Origin: an uncultured Actinomycetota bacterium
GTDB taxonomy: Bacteria > Actinomycetota > UBA4738 > HRBIN12
Assembly: GCA_963737525.1 (NCBI GenBank)
Contig: CAVTTD010000016.1
Coordinates: forward strand, 4,209 to 68,208
Length of the DNA: 64,000 bases
Direction: 5' to 3'
Part shown: positions 1 to 9,140 of the stretch, piece by piece
Layout: every line of letters begins with the position of its first letter
Position numbering within the stretch: the first letter of the stretch is position 1
The notes under the pieces: model-generated
Seen by the model: only the letters and a program-made list of their open reading frames with translations
Told to the model about the DNA's origin: nothing
Database searches by the model: none
Program-made: the position numbers and the translations under genes

Positions 1-31
1 CGTTCATGCCGTCCACCAGCCAGCGCGTCAC
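1..31 (-). CDS. 5' end of an unidentified CDS running off the left edge (GTG start at 31)
   Basis: GAGGAGGA Shine-Dalgarno about 5 nt upstream of GTG. Only 10 codons (VTRWLVDGMN) are visible, so no product can be assigned. Confidence 0.3.
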   Translation of the reverse strand, partial: MTRWLVDGMN

Positions 32-76
32 CCGGATCCTCCTCGTGACTGACAGACCCGCCGTGGAGGCAGGTTT

Positions 77-169
77 TGGCGGAGGCGGCGTGATTCGAAC
101 ACGCGAGGGGCGGATTAGGCCCCTAACCGCTTTCGAGGCGGTCCCGTTCGTCCGCTCCGGCACGCCTCC
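77..169 (-). tRNA. tRNA-Ser (anticodon CGA), 3' CCA encoded
   Basis: Minus-strand cloverleaf: GGAGGCG acceptor, anticodon loop CU-CGA-AA, long variable arm, GTTCGAATC T-loop, ends GCCA. Confidence 0.9.
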
Positions 170-230
170 GTGGACGAGTCTAGCGGGCTCGGATCGACGC
201 ACAGGGTCGATCGTGCGAGGATCCCCGAAC

Positions 231-622
231 GTGGATGCCAAGAGCCTGGAGCGCGTGCCCTTGTTCGCCGGTCTGTCGCACAAGGACCGCGAGAAGGTCG
301 CGCGCTGGGCGGACGTCGATCGACCTGCCGGCGGGCAAGCATCTGCTCGACGAGGGCCGCCTCCCCCACGAGTTCTTCGTGATCGTGGACGGTGAGGTCG
401 AGGTCTCGCACGAAGGCAAACCCCTCGCCACGCTGGGCCAGGGTGACTTCTTCGGGGAGATCGCCCTGATCGAGCACGGGCGACGCACCGCATCGGTCGT
501 GACGACGAAGCCGACGACCCTCGCCGTCATGAGCCCGACATCGTTCGCGGCGATGCGGCGCGAGATGGCGGAGGTTGCCCTCCGCATCGACGACGCGATC
601 CGCGCGCGACTCGGCGCGCTAG
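231..622 (+). pseudogene. Stand-alone cyclic-nucleotide-binding (CAP/Crp-type) domain protein, frame-disrupted
   Basis: N-terminus VDAKSLERVPLFAGLSHKDREKVARWADV is in frame 0. The cNMP core continues in frame 1 after about nt 318: IDLPAGKHLLDEG...FFVIVDGEVEV...GDFFGEIALI...RTASV. Frame 1 has no stop before 1248 and runs antisense through tadA, so the real 3' end is uncertain. TAG at 620-622 would need a second indel. Confidence 0.6.
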
Positions 623-1086
623 CGCCGCTGTCGGAAGAAGGTTCGCAACAGGTCGCCGCACTCCACGTCGAGCACGCCATCGGTGATCGAGACGGAGTGG
701 TTCAAGCGAGGATCCCGCAGGAGGTTGCCCAACGATCCGGCGAAGCCGGCTTTGGGATCGGCAGCTCCGAAGACGACCCGGTCGATCCTGGAGAGCACCG
801 CGGCGCCGGCGCACATCGCGCACGGCTCAAGGGTCACGGTGAGCGTGCAGCCCTCGAGGCGCCACGACCCCGCCGCGAACGCGGCCGCCCGCAGCGCCAG
901 GATCTCCGCGTGGGCCGTCGGATCGTTGGCCACCTCGCGCTGGTTCCCCGCCGCCGCGAGGACCTCGCCGTCGCGCGTCACGACGGCACCGATCGGAACG
1001 TCGTCGTGATCGAGACATCGCCGGGCTTCGGCCAGCGCGAGCCGCATCACCTGCTCGTCGTCGGCATGCTCCGGCGTCAGTCCCAC
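619..1086 (-). CDS. tadA: tRNA-specific adenosine deaminase
   Basis: 155-aa ORF with the cytidine/deoxycytidylate deaminase zinc motifs HAE (TAHAEILAL) and PCAMCAGA. Length is typical of TadA. Confidence 0.9.
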   Translation of the reverse strand: MGLTPEHADDEQVMRLALAEARRCLDHDDVPIGAVVTRDGEVLAAAGNQREVANDPTAHAEILALRAAAFAAGSWRLEGCTLTVTLEPCAMCAGAAVLSRIDRVVFGAADPKAGFAGSLGNLLRDPRLNHSVSITDGVLDVECGDLLRTFFRQRR

Positions 1087-1427
1087 CCCAGTGCCTCGAG
1101 GCGTTCATCCGAGATCCCGAAATGGTGGGCGACCTCGTGCACGACCGTCTCGGCGATGACGGCCCGGAGCTCCTCGTCGTCATCGCCCGCCTCGCGTTCG
1201 ATCGTGCCGCGGAAGAGCGTGATCCGGTCGGGCAGGACGCCGGCATAGTTCTCACGCTCCGTCTTGGCGATCCCCTCGTAGAGGCCGAGGAGATCGGGTT
1301 CGTCCGCCGGCGGGCGATCCTCGACCACCACCGCCACGTTGTCCATCGCCTCCTGCACCCAACCGGGAAGCTCGTCGAGAGCGTCCGCGACGAGGGACTC
1401 GAACCGGCGTCGGGAGCGGCGCGACAT
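1077..1427 (-). CDS. Small zincin-like metallopeptidase-family protein
   Basis: HEVAHHFG (HExxH) motif near the C-terminus. About 117 aa if started at ATG 1427; the full ORF extends to 1466. Confidence 0.75.
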   Translation of the reverse strand: MSRRSRRRFESLVADALDELPGWVQEAMDNVAVVVEDRPPADEPDLLGLYEGIAKTERENYAGVLPDRITLFRGTIEREAGDDDEELRAVIAETVVHEVAHHFGISDERLEALGWD

Positions 1428-1446
1428 CGCCTGTAGCCTACGTCGC

Positions 1447-2778
1447 ATGCCCGGCGGGCTGAGCACGGACCTCTACGAACTCAACATGGCGGCGAGCTAC
1501 CTCCGCCGTGGGATGAACGGCCCGGCGACCTTCAGCCTCTACGTGCGGGACATGCCGAAGCAGCGAGGCTTCCTCGTGTCGACGGGCCTGGAGCACTGCC
1601 TCCGATCCCTCGAGTCGTTCTCGTTCGAGGAGGAGGATCTCGCCTACCTCGGTGGGATCGGGTTCGATCAGCGGGCGATCGACGACTTCCGCGACGTGCG
1701 TTTCTCGGGAGAGGTGTGGGCGGTGCCCGAGGGCCGCATCGTCCACGCGTCGGAGCCGATCCTCGAGGTGACCGCACCCATCGCCGAGGCCCAGCTGGTC
1801 GAGACGGTGTTGCTGAACCAGGTGACGCTCCATACGACGCTCACCTCGAAGGCGGCCCGGTACGTGATCGCGGCCGAAGGCCGAGGGCTGGTCGATTTCG
1901 CGTTCCGCCGGGCGCACGGCGTCGAGGCGGCGCGCGCCGCCGCCCGGGGGAGCGCGATCGTCGGCTTCCAGGCGACCTCGAACGTCGAGGCCGCGCGCGA
2001 GTTCGACCTCCGGGTGACCGGCACCATGGCGCACTCCTTCATCACGGCGTTCGACGACGAGCGCGAGGCGTTCCGGGCGTTCGCGGAAGACCATCCCCAC
2101 CGGATCACGTTCCTGGTCGACACCTACGACGCGCTGACCGGCGTGCGGAACGCGATCGAGGTGATCAAGGACGTGGACCCGGCAGAGGAGGTCGGCGTGC
2201 GACTCGACTCGGGTGACCTCGACCGGCTCTCGCGTGAGGCGAGGCGCATCCTCGACCACGCCGGGCTCGGACGGGCGAAGATCTTCGCGAGCGGCGGTCT
2301 GGACGAGCACGAGGTCGCGGAGCTGGTGCGTGCGGGAGCACCGGTGGATGCGTTCGGGATCGGGACCCAGCTCGGGGTCTCCGCCGATGCGCCCTACGTG
2401 GACGCGGTCTACAAGCTCGTGGAGTTCGAGGGCCGGCCCGTGCTGAAGCTCTCCCCGGCCAAGGCGACCGCGCCCGGACGCAAGCAGGTCTGGCGCGGGC
2501 CGTCGGAGGACATGGTCGCGCTCCGCGACGAGGCGGCGCCCGGCCCGCACTACGAGCCGCTGCTGGAGCCGGTGATGCGGGCCGGGCGCCGCCTCGCGCC
2601 CGCACCGTCGATCGAGGAGATGCGCGCCCGCTTCGAGCGAGACCTCGCGGCCCTCCCCGTGAAGGCATCGCGTCTCACGCACCCCGAGCATGTCGTCGCG
2701 CATCGCTCGGAGGCCTTGGCCTCCCTCACCACCGAGACCGCCGAGGCGATCCGCCGACGGGTCCGGTCGAGCGACTAG
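1447..2778 (+). CDS. pncB: Nicotinate phosphoribosyltransferase
   Basis: 443 aa from ATG 1447. N-terminus LSTDLYELNMAASY and overall sequence are NAPRTase-like. Upstream ORF residues are Arg/Ser-rich read-through. Confidence 0.85.
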   Translation: MPGGLSTDLYELNMAASYLRRGMNGPATFSLYVRDMPKQRGFLVSTGLEHCLRSLESFSFEEEDLAYLGGIGFDQRAIDDFRDVRFSGEVWAVPEGRIVHASEPILEVTAPIAEAQLVETVLLNQVTLHTTLTSKAARYVIAAEGRGLVDFAFRRAHGVEAARAAARGSAIVGFQATSNVEAAREFDLRVTGTMAHSFITAFDDEREAFRAFAEDHPHRITFLVDTYDALTGVRNAIEVIKDVDPAEEVGVRLDSGDLDRLSREARRILDHAGLGRAKIFASGGLDEHEVAELVRAGAPVDAFGIGTQLGVSADAPYVDAVYKLVEFEGRPVLKLSPAKATAPGRKQVWRGPSEDMVALRDEAAPGPHYEPLLEPVMRAGRRLAPAPSIEEMRARFERDLAALPVKASRLTHPEHVVAHRSEALASLTTETAEAIRRRVRSSD

Positions 2779-2784
2779 CCTCCG

Positions 2785-3369
2785 CTACGCGGTCGGCATC
2801 CAGGACGGCCGGTTGGCTTCGTAGGTCGTGATCTCGTCGACGTGCCGAAGCGACAGGTCGATGTCGTCGTAGCCCTCCAGCAGACACCAACGACGGAAGT
2901 CGTCGAACGCGAAGGTCTCCTGCACGGACGGCGCCGAGACGGTCAGCGACTCGAGGTCGACGACGACCCGCGTCGTGGGATCGTCCAGCACCGCATCCAT
3001 CAGCGCTCGGACCGACTCCTGGGGCAGCTCCACCGGCAGCAGGCCCGTCTTGCAGCAGTTGTTGCGGAAGATGTCGGCGAAGCTCGGAGCGATCAGGGCT
3101 TTGAAGCCGTGGTCCTCCAGCGCCCACGGCGCGTGCTCCCGGCTCGATCCGCTGCCGAAGTTGGCGCCGGCGAGGAGGATCGTGGCACCGGCGTAGCGCT
3201 CGTCGTTCAGGACGAACGACGGATCCTTCCTCCATTCGTGGAAGAGGAACGGGCCGAATCCGGTTCGCTCGATCCGCTTCAGGAACTGGGCGGGCACGAT
3301 CTGATCGGTATCCACGTCGGACCGGTCCAACGGGAGGGCGGTGCCCTCGACACGACGCACCGGCTCCAC
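2785..3369 (-). CDS. leuD: 3-isopropylmalate dehydratase small subunit
   Basis: 194-aa ORF with LeuD-like sequence (GANFGSGSSREHAPWAL). It directly follows the leuC stop. Confidence 0.93.
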   Translation of the reverse strand: MEPVRRVEGTALPLDRSDVDTDQIVPAQFLKRIERTGFGPFLFHEWRKDPSFVLNDERYAGATILLAGANFGSGSSREHAPWALEDHGFKALIAPSFADIFRNNCCKTGLLPVELPQESVRALMDAVLDDPTTRVVVDLESLTVSAPSVQETFAFDDFRRWCLLEGYDDIDLSLRHVDEITTYEANRPSWMPTA

Positions 3370-4761
3370 CTAGAGGTCCTCCGGAGTCGTGAAATGGCCG
3401 GCGATCGCCGTGGCGGCGGCCACCGCCGGCGACACCAGATGCGTCCGGCCTCCCTTGCCCTGGCGGCCTTCGAAGTTCCGGTTCGAGGTGGAGGCGCTCC
3501 GTTCGCCGGGCTGCAGGATGTCGGGGTTCATCCCGAGGCACATCGAACACCCCGCGCCACGCCAATCGAAGCCGGCCTCGACGAAGACCCGATCGAGACC
3601 CTCCTGCTCCGCCTTCAGCTTCACGGCGACCGAGCCGGGGACGACCAGGGCGCGGAGCCCGTCCGCGACCGTGCGACCCTCGACGACCGCCGCGGCGACC
3701 CGCAGGTCCTCGATCCGCGAGTTCGTGCACGATCCGATGAAGATCGTGTCGGGCCGGATGTAGCGGATGGGGGTGCCCGGCTCGAGCGCCATGTACGCGA
3801 GGGCTCGGCGCGCCGCATCGGCCTTCGCGTCGTCGTCGAACGAATCCGGCTCCGGCACGGCGTCATCGATCGTCACCGACTGGGCGGGGTTCGTTCCCCA
3901 CGAGACGTACGGCCGGAGCGCGGTGGCATCGATCCCGATCTCGGCGTCGAAGGTGGCCCCGGGGTCCGAGGGGAGCGAGCGCCAGTCGTCGAGGGCCCGT
4001 TCCCAGTCGGGGCCTGTGGGCGCGTGCGCCCGCCCCTCGAGGTAGGCGAACGTCGTGTCGTCGGGGGCCACCATGCCCGCTCGGGCGCCGGCCTCGATCG
4101 ACATGTTGCAGATCGTCATCCGGCCTTCCATCGAGAGGGCGCGGATCGCGGAGCCGCGGTATTCCAGGACGTGCCCCACGCCGCCGCCGGTGCCGATCCG
4201 ATTGACGATCCCCAGGATCACGTCTTTGGCGCTGCACCCCGCCGGGAGGTCGCCCTCGACGGTGATCGCCATCGTCTTCGCCGGTGCTTGCGGAAGCGTC
4301 TGGGTCGCGAGGACGTGTTCGACCTCGCTCGTGCCGATCCCGAACGCGAGCGCGCCGAACGCGCCGTGGGTCGAGGTGTGCGAATCCCCGCACACGATCG
4401 TGAGCCCCGGCTGGGTGTATCCCATCTCGGGCCCGATCACGTGGACGATGCCCTGGCCGGCCGATCCCCAGGGATAGAGCGTGATGCCGAACTCCTTCGC
4501 GTTCTTCGACAGCGCGTCCATCTGGCGGGCGCTCGTTGCGTCCGTCACGGGGCCCTCGGTCGTCGGGACGTTGTGGTCCATCGTGGCGACCGTCAGGTCG
4601 GGCCGACGGACGCCTCGGCCGGCGAGCCGGAGGGCTTCGAACGCCTGGGGGCTCGTCACCTCATGGACGAGATGGAGATCGACGTAGAGGAGATCCGGCT
4701 CGCCGGCCGCCCGATGCACGACGTGGCGTTCCCAGACTTTTTCGGCGAGCGTGTTCGGCAT
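3370..4761 (-). CDS. leuC: 3-isopropylmalate dehydratase large subunit
   Basis: Aconitase-family sequence [15 protein letters not shown]...CGDSHT...[11 protein letters not shown]...[13 protein letters not shown] at 4761 chosen over the longer ORF start at 4812. Confidence 0.93.
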   Translation of the reverse strand: MPNTLAEKVWERHVVHRAAGEPDLLYVDLHLVHEVTSPQAFEALRLAGRGVRRPDLTVATMDHNVPTTEGPVTDATSARQMDALSKNAKEFGITLYPWGSAGQGIVHVIGPEMGYTQPGLTIVCGDSHTSTHGAFGALAFGIGTSEVEHVLATQTLPQAPAKTMAITVEGDLPAGCSAKDVILGIVNRIGTGGGVGHVLEYRGSAIRALSMEGRMTICNMSIEAGARAGMVAPDDTTFAYLEGRAHAPTGPDWERALDDWRSLPSDPGATFDAEIGIDATALRPYVSWGTNPAQSVTIDDAVPEPDSFDDDAKADAARRALAYMALEPGTPIRYIRPDTIFIGSCTNSRIEDLRVAAAVVEGRTVADGLRALVVPGSVAVKLKAEQEGLDRVFVEAGFDWRGAGCSMCLGMNPDILQPGERSASTSNRNFEGRQGKGGRTHLVSPAVAAATAIAGHFTTPEDL

Positions 4762-4784
4762 CTTCGCTCCTGCTCCCCGGCGGC

Positions 4785-4822
4785 TGTTCCAAATAATGGA
4801 ACAGAGTTCCATATAATGGAAT
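4785..4822. promoter_or_regulatory. Twin inverted repeats (putative IclR/LtbR operator) in the leuC-iclR divergent intergenic region
   Basis: Perfect 19-bp palindrome TGTTCCAAATAATGGAACA (4785-4803), followed by GTTCCATATAATGGAAT (4806-4822, one mismatch). This is the only strongly AT-rich patch in the surrounding high-GC DNA. Confidence 0.6.
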
Positions 4823-4826
4823 AGCC

Positions 4827-5666
4827 ATGGTAGCAGGACCGCCGGACGGCTTCGAACGGGAGCGCATGCTTCGCCAGCTGCGTCTGGGGGACGAGGCTCG
4901 GATCCGCGCCGGGAGATCCGGCGCGGCGGAGGAGCTTCGAAGGAACCCTCCTCGCACCGCCGTCGGTGTCCTCGATCGGTGCGTCGCCGTGCTCGGCGCT
5001 GTCGAAAGCGGTGCCCGATCCTTCACGGACGTGGTGGAGCTCACCGGCCTCGCTCGTCCCACGGTCCACCGATTGATCCAAGGGCTGGAGGACCACGGGT
5101 TCCTCGTGCACGTGGGCGGACTCGGCTACGTGCTCGGGCCTCGGCTCCTTGGACTCGCCGCGAGCGCGATGAACGATCTCCCGCTCCGCGATCTGGCGCG
5201 TCCGGTCCTCGAGCGTCTCGCTCGGTCAACCGGCGAGAGCGCTCAACTCTTCGTTCGGGACCGGGACAAGCGGGTCTGCATCGACGCCGTCGAGTCCGAC
5301 AGCGAGCTTCGCACGATCGTCGAGGTCGGCTCGGCGCTTCCCCTGACGAAGGGCTCCGCCGGCAAAGTGTTCCTCGCGTGGACCGGAGACCACGATCGCG
5401 CGCGTCTGATCGGGACAGCGGACGGTGCTGCGAGACTCGAACAACAGGTCGCGACCACGCGACGTCGAGGGTGGGCGGAAAGCGTCGCGGAACGCGCGCC
5501 CGGAGTGGCTTCCGTCAGCGCACCCGTCTGCGGTCCGGACGGTTCCTTGCTCGCCGCGGTGTCGGTTTCGGGGCCGGTGTCGAGGCTGGGGCAACTCAGG
5601 GCGAAGCGATACGCGCCCGCCGTCCTCGAAGCCGCGAAGGAGATCGAGCGCGCCCTCGGCGCCTAG
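4827..5666 (+). CDS. IclR-family transcriptional regulator (LtbR-like by position)
   Basis: N-terminal wHTH ([29 protein letters not shown]) plus an IclR effector domain. Divergent from leuCD. The start may instead be an internal Met. Confidence 0.85.
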   Translation: MVAGPPDGFERERMLRQLRLGDEARIRAGRSGAAEELRRNPPRTAVGVLDRCVAVLGAVESGARSFTDVVELTGLARPTVHRLIQGLEDHGFLVHVGGLGYVLGPRLLGLAASAMNDLPLRDLARPVLERLARSTGESAQLFVRDRDKRVCIDAVESDSELRTIVEVGSALPLTKGSAGKVFLAWTGDHDRARLIGTADGAARLEQQVATTRRRGWAESVAERAPGVASVSAPVCGPDGSLLAAVSVSGPVSRLGQLRAKRYAPAVLEAAKEIERALGA

Positions 5667-6638
5667 CTACCAGGCGTACGCCTCGGGCGCCGGCCCGCCG
5701 GGGCCCGGGAAGATCTCGTCCAGCTTGCGGAGCACGTCTTCGTCGAGATGGACCTCGAGCGCACGGAACGAGCCTTCGAGCTGCTCCTCCGTCCTCGGCC
5801 CGATGATGGGCGCCGTCACCGCCGGCTGATGCAGGAGCCACGCGAGCGCGACGTCCGCCGGGCGCGCGCCGAGATCGGCGCAGACCTTCTCGTAGCGCTC
5901 GAGCCGGTCGCGGTCCTTGTCGATCTCGTCCTGCAGGTATTCCGAGGACCGGCGACCCTCGTCGACCTTCTTGAGCGCCCCCGCCAGCAGGCCGCCCGCG
6001 AGCGGGCTCCACGCGATCAGCCCCATCCCGTACTCCTGGACCGCCGGGATCACCTCGAGCTCCAGCGTGCGCTCGGTCAGGTTGTAGAGGGACTGCTCGG
6101 TGGCGAGACCGACCGTGTGCCACTTGCTCGCGATCTCGTTCGCCCTGGCGATGTGCCAGCCGGCGAAGTTCGACGATCCCACGTACAGGATCTTCCCCTC
6201 GCTCTTGAGCTGATCCATCGCCTCCCAGATCTCGTTCCACCACGCGTTCCGGTCGATGTGGTGCATCTGGTACAGGTCGATGTAGTCGGTCTGCAGGCGC
6301 CGGAGCGACCCCTCGCAGGCGCGCCGGATCGCGAGCTTGGACAGGCGCGATTCGTTCGGCCACTCCGACATCTGTCCGTAGACCTTGGTGGCGAGCACGA
6401 CCTTCTCCCGGCGCCCGCCACCCTTCTCGAACCAGTCGCCGATGATCCGCTCGGTCGAGCCCACCCCGAGGTGGCGCCCGTAGACGTTGGCCGTGTCGAA
6501 GAAGTTGATGCCCTCCGCGATCGCCGCATCCATGATGCGGTGCGACTCGTCCTCGGGCGTATGGGGACCGAAGTTCATCGTCCCCAGACAGAGGCGAGAG
6601 ACGACCAGTCCGAGCCGACCGACGTGCGTGTACTCCAC
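5667..6638 (-). CDS. Aldo/keto reductase
   Basis: VEYTHVGRLGLVVSRLCLGTMNFG...DTANVYG...YQMHHID...SNFAGWH is AKR-like. GTG at 6638 gives a canonical N-terminus; ATG at 6689 is an alternative. The rest of the 440-aa ORF is read-through. Confidence 0.85.
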   Translation of the reverse strand: MEYTHVGRLGLVVSRLCLGTMNFGPHTPEDESHRIMDAAIAEGINFFDTANVYGRHLGVGSTERIIGDWFEKGGGRREKVVLATKVYGQMSEWPNESRLSKLAIRRACEGSLRRLQTDYIDLYQMHHIDRNAWWNEIWEAMDQLKSEGKILYVGSSNFAGWHIARANEIASKWHTVGLATEQSLYNLTERTLELEVIPAVQEYGMGLIAWSPLAGGLLAGALKKVDEGRRSSEYLQDEIDKDRDRLERYEKVCADLGARPADVALAWLLHQPAVTAPIIGPRTEEQLEGSFRALEVHLDEDVLRKLDEIFPGPGGPAPEAYAW

Positions 6639-6758
6639 GCACGGAGTGTACGCAGGGCGGTGACTCCGTTGACCCACCCGAGAGCACATCTTCCGCTCCA
6701 GCCGGGGCTCCTGCCTGCCGATACCGAGCGCATGGAAAGGTCCTTCCGCCCGCTCAGG

Positions 6759-7052
6759 ATGGCGAGTTCCATCGCCTCGCTGGTGGTGGCGCTGATCTCG
6801 CTCGAGGGGACCTACGAGCTCGTGACGGATTCGCTCCTGCCCCTCGTGAAGTACGGGAACGAGTTCACGGCGTACGGCTGGGGCGTGATCGCCGCGATCG
6901 CCGCCCGGGTCGCCGTCACCGGTGTGCTGTTCTGGGCGTTCGCCCGCATCGGCAGCTTCAAGCCGTTGCCGTTCTCCAGGCCTTCCCACGACGGCACGCC
7001 TCAGCTGAGTCAGACGCTCGTGACGGCATCGCCGGCCCCGTCGGACCGGTAA
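6759..7052 (+). CDS. Hypothetical small membrane protein
   Basis: 97 aa with two hydrophobic segments (SIASLVVALISL, GWGVIAAIAARVAVTGVLFWAF). Third codon positions are strongly G/C. No recognisable family. Confidence 0.45.
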   Translation: MASSIASLVVALISLEGTYELVTDSLLPLVKYGNEFTAYGWGVIAAIAARVAVTGVLFWAFARIGSFKPLPFSRPSHDGTPQLSQTLVTASPAPSDR

Positions 7053-7055
7053 CCC

Positions 7056-8348
7056 TCACGCGGCCTCGGCGGAAGGCTCCGGGTTGGCGAGGGAGCCGTC
7101 TCGCTCCGGGTCCCGGGCACCCCGCACGAACATGAACGCGAGCGTGATGGTGCCGCCCAGAGCACCCGCCCAGATCAGCGTGGCGTCGTGCCCGATCTTC
7201 TCTGCCGTGGGACCGGTGATCGCGAACGACAAAGGAACGCCCAGCGTCGAGATCATCCAGTCGAGGGCGAAGACCCGCCCGAGGAGCCGGTCGGGCACGA
7301 GCCGTTGCACCAGGGTCACCCAGACGACGACGAGGTACGTGATCGATCCCTCCGTGACGAAGGCCACCGCCATCGCCTGCCACACCGAGGTGACGAACCC
7401 GAAGCCGGCCGTCCCGAACATCCCCAGCGACCACGCGAGGTACATCGCGGTCACGGGTCTGCGCGGGAGGGTCCCCCGCTGACCGAACACCGCCGCCGCG
7501 ATCACCGCGCCGACGCCACCGGCCCCGAAGACGAGGCCGAGCGACGACGCCTCCCCTCCCAGGTCGTTCTTCACCACGATGGGAACGAGCGTCTCCCATG
7601 GCCCCCAGACCGCCAGCAGGCTCACCGTCGCCGCGACCATCGCGATCAGGAGCCATCGCTGCTGCCGCACGTATCGGAACCCTTCGGCGACGTCTCCGAT
7701 GAACGAGGTCTCGTCCTCGCTATCCCTCGGGACACGCCGAGTCCTCATCGCCAGGATCATCACCGTCGAGAACGCGAAGGTCGCCGCGTCCACGAGGAAG
7801 GCCCACCCCACTCCGATCCATGTGATCAGGACGCCGCCCACCAATGGGCCAAGCAAGGTCATCGCGAACGGACGCACGAGTTGCGCGAGTGAGTTGGCCT
7901 GCACGAGCAGATCGGCGCCGACGATGGTGGGCGTGATCGAGGTGAAGGCGGGCTGGAAGACCGCCTGTCCTGCCCCGTACAGCACGACGAGTCCCAGCAC
8001 GACGGGGATCGTCAGGTCACCCCTGATCGACAGGATGCCGAGCGTCCCGATCGCGACGAAACGGATCGCGTCCCCCGCGATCATCAGATGACGACGCTCG
8101 AGTCGATCGGACAAGGCTCCGCTCGCGATCACGAGGAGCACCTGCGGCAGCGACCACGCGATGCCCACCAACGCGAGAGCGCCCGGACGATTCTCGATCT
8201 TCAGCACCTGCCACGCGATCGAAACGAGGTAGATCCCGTCGCCGATCATCGAGACCGTCATGCCGGTCCACAGGAACGCGAAGTCGCGCACCGCGAGCGG
8301 CCTGAGGATCGCGATGCGGTCTCGGAAGGATGAGGAGCTGTCGCTCAC
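7056..8348 (-). CDS. MFS transporter
   Basis: 430-aa ORF, polytopic, about 12 hydrophobic helices with MFS-like loops (LSDRLERRHLMI). Confidence 0.85.
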   Translation of the reverse strand: MSDSSSSFRDRIAILRPLAVRDFAFLWTGMTVSMIGDGIYLVSIAWQVLKIENRPGALALVGIAWSLPQVLLVIASGALSDRLERRHLMIAGDAIRFVAIGTLGILSIRGDLTIPVVLGLVVLYGAGQAVFQPAFTSITPTIVGADLLVQANSLAQLVRPFAMTLLGPLVGGVLITWIGVGWAFLVDAATFAFSTVMILAMRTRRVPRDSEDETSFIGDVAEGFRYVRQQRWLLIAMVAATVSLLAVWGPWETLVPIVVKNDLGGEASSLGLVFGAGGVGAVIAAAVFGQRGTLPRRPVTAMYLAWSLGMFGTAGFGFVTSVWQAMAVAFVTEGSITYLVVVWVTLVQRLVPDRLLGRVFALDWMISTLGVPLSFAITGPTAEKIGHDATLIWAGALGGTITLAFMFVRGARDPERDGSLANPEPSAEAA

Positions 8349-8394
8349 GATCCCCGCAGCATAGGAGGCGGCGAGGTCGCCTCAGGGCGTGGCG

Positions 8395-9126
8395 CTACCG
8401 CCAGTCGACGGTGACGACCTCGATCGGATCGGAGATGCCCTTGACCGTCACGGTCCGCGCATCGCGCGTGGCGAACTGCCCGCCCGCGGCGGTGTCGGCG
8501 CTCGCGACGATCTCCCCGCCCTCGGCGAGACCGCCGATCCGCGCGGCCTCGTGCACGCCCTTGCCCGTGAAGTTCCGGCCGACCTTCGTCGCGTCGGAGG
8601 CGTGCACCCCGATCCGCACCTGGGGCGCGAAGCCCGCGGAGGCCCGATGCGCGGCGAGGTCGCGCTGGATCGCGACCGCGCACGCGAGGGCGTCGTCGGG
8701 AGACGCGAACGCCACGAAGAACCCGTCCCCGGTCGCCACCACCTCCTCGCCACGGTTCGCGCCGAACAACGAGCGCAGGGTCTTGTCGTGCCAGGACAAG
8801 AGCGATTGCCACGCCTCGTCGCCCATCGCCTCGAGGAGGTTCGTCGACCCGGCGATGTCGGTGAACATGAACGTTCGCTGCACGCGTTGCGTGGGTGAGC
8901 GGCCGCGGAGCTGCCACGGGAGCAGCTCCGCGACCTCCTCGAGCACGATGGCTTGCGTGGGACAGGCGAGCGCGGCCTCGCGGAGCTTCTCCTCGTCGAC
9001 GCTCGCGGCGTCGACGACGGCGGCCTTGCCGAAGTCCCCTCGATGCCAGTCGAACGCCGTCGGAGCGATCGTGATGCAGTTGCCGGCACCGATGCACCGA
9101 GGCCGATCGACCCTCGCCCGCAGCAT
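8395..9126 (-). CDS. Ferredoxin-domain / class III adenylate-guanylate cyclase fusion protein
   Basis: The N-terminal ~65 aa have a single-cluster ferredoxin pattern: CIGAGNC ... ACPTQAI. The remainder is a class III cyclase catalytic domain (FMFTDIAGST, ATGDGFFVAF, RIGVH..., GKGVHEAARI). GGGGAG RBS lies in the 14-nt gap after the LuxR gene. Confidence 0.8.
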   Translation of the reverse strand: MLRARVDRPRCIGAGNCITIAPTAFDWHRGDFGKAAVVDAASVDEEKLREAALACPTQAIVLEEVAELLPWQLRGRSPTQRVQRTFMFTDIAGSTNLLEAMGDEAWQSLLSWHDKTLRSLFGANRGEEVVATGDGFFVAFASPDDALACAVAIQRDLAAHRASAGFAPQVRIGVHASDATKVGRNFTGKGVHEAARIGGLAEGGEIVASADTAAGGQFATRDARTVTVKGISDPIEVVTVDWR

Positions 9127-9140
9127 CTAGCGGCTCCCCG

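Noticed and set aside
2842-4824. 660-aa plus-strand ORF covering the leuD-leuC region. Similar long antisense ORFs occur elsewhere, for example 47178-49193, 58271-60100, 33136-35157 and 5748-7052 (upstream part).
   Set aside because: These ORFs are Arg/Gly/Asp/His-rich, have low complexity and no recognisable motifs, and each lies exactly antisense to a gene with clear family signatures. Long open antisense frames are expected at about 70% G+C.
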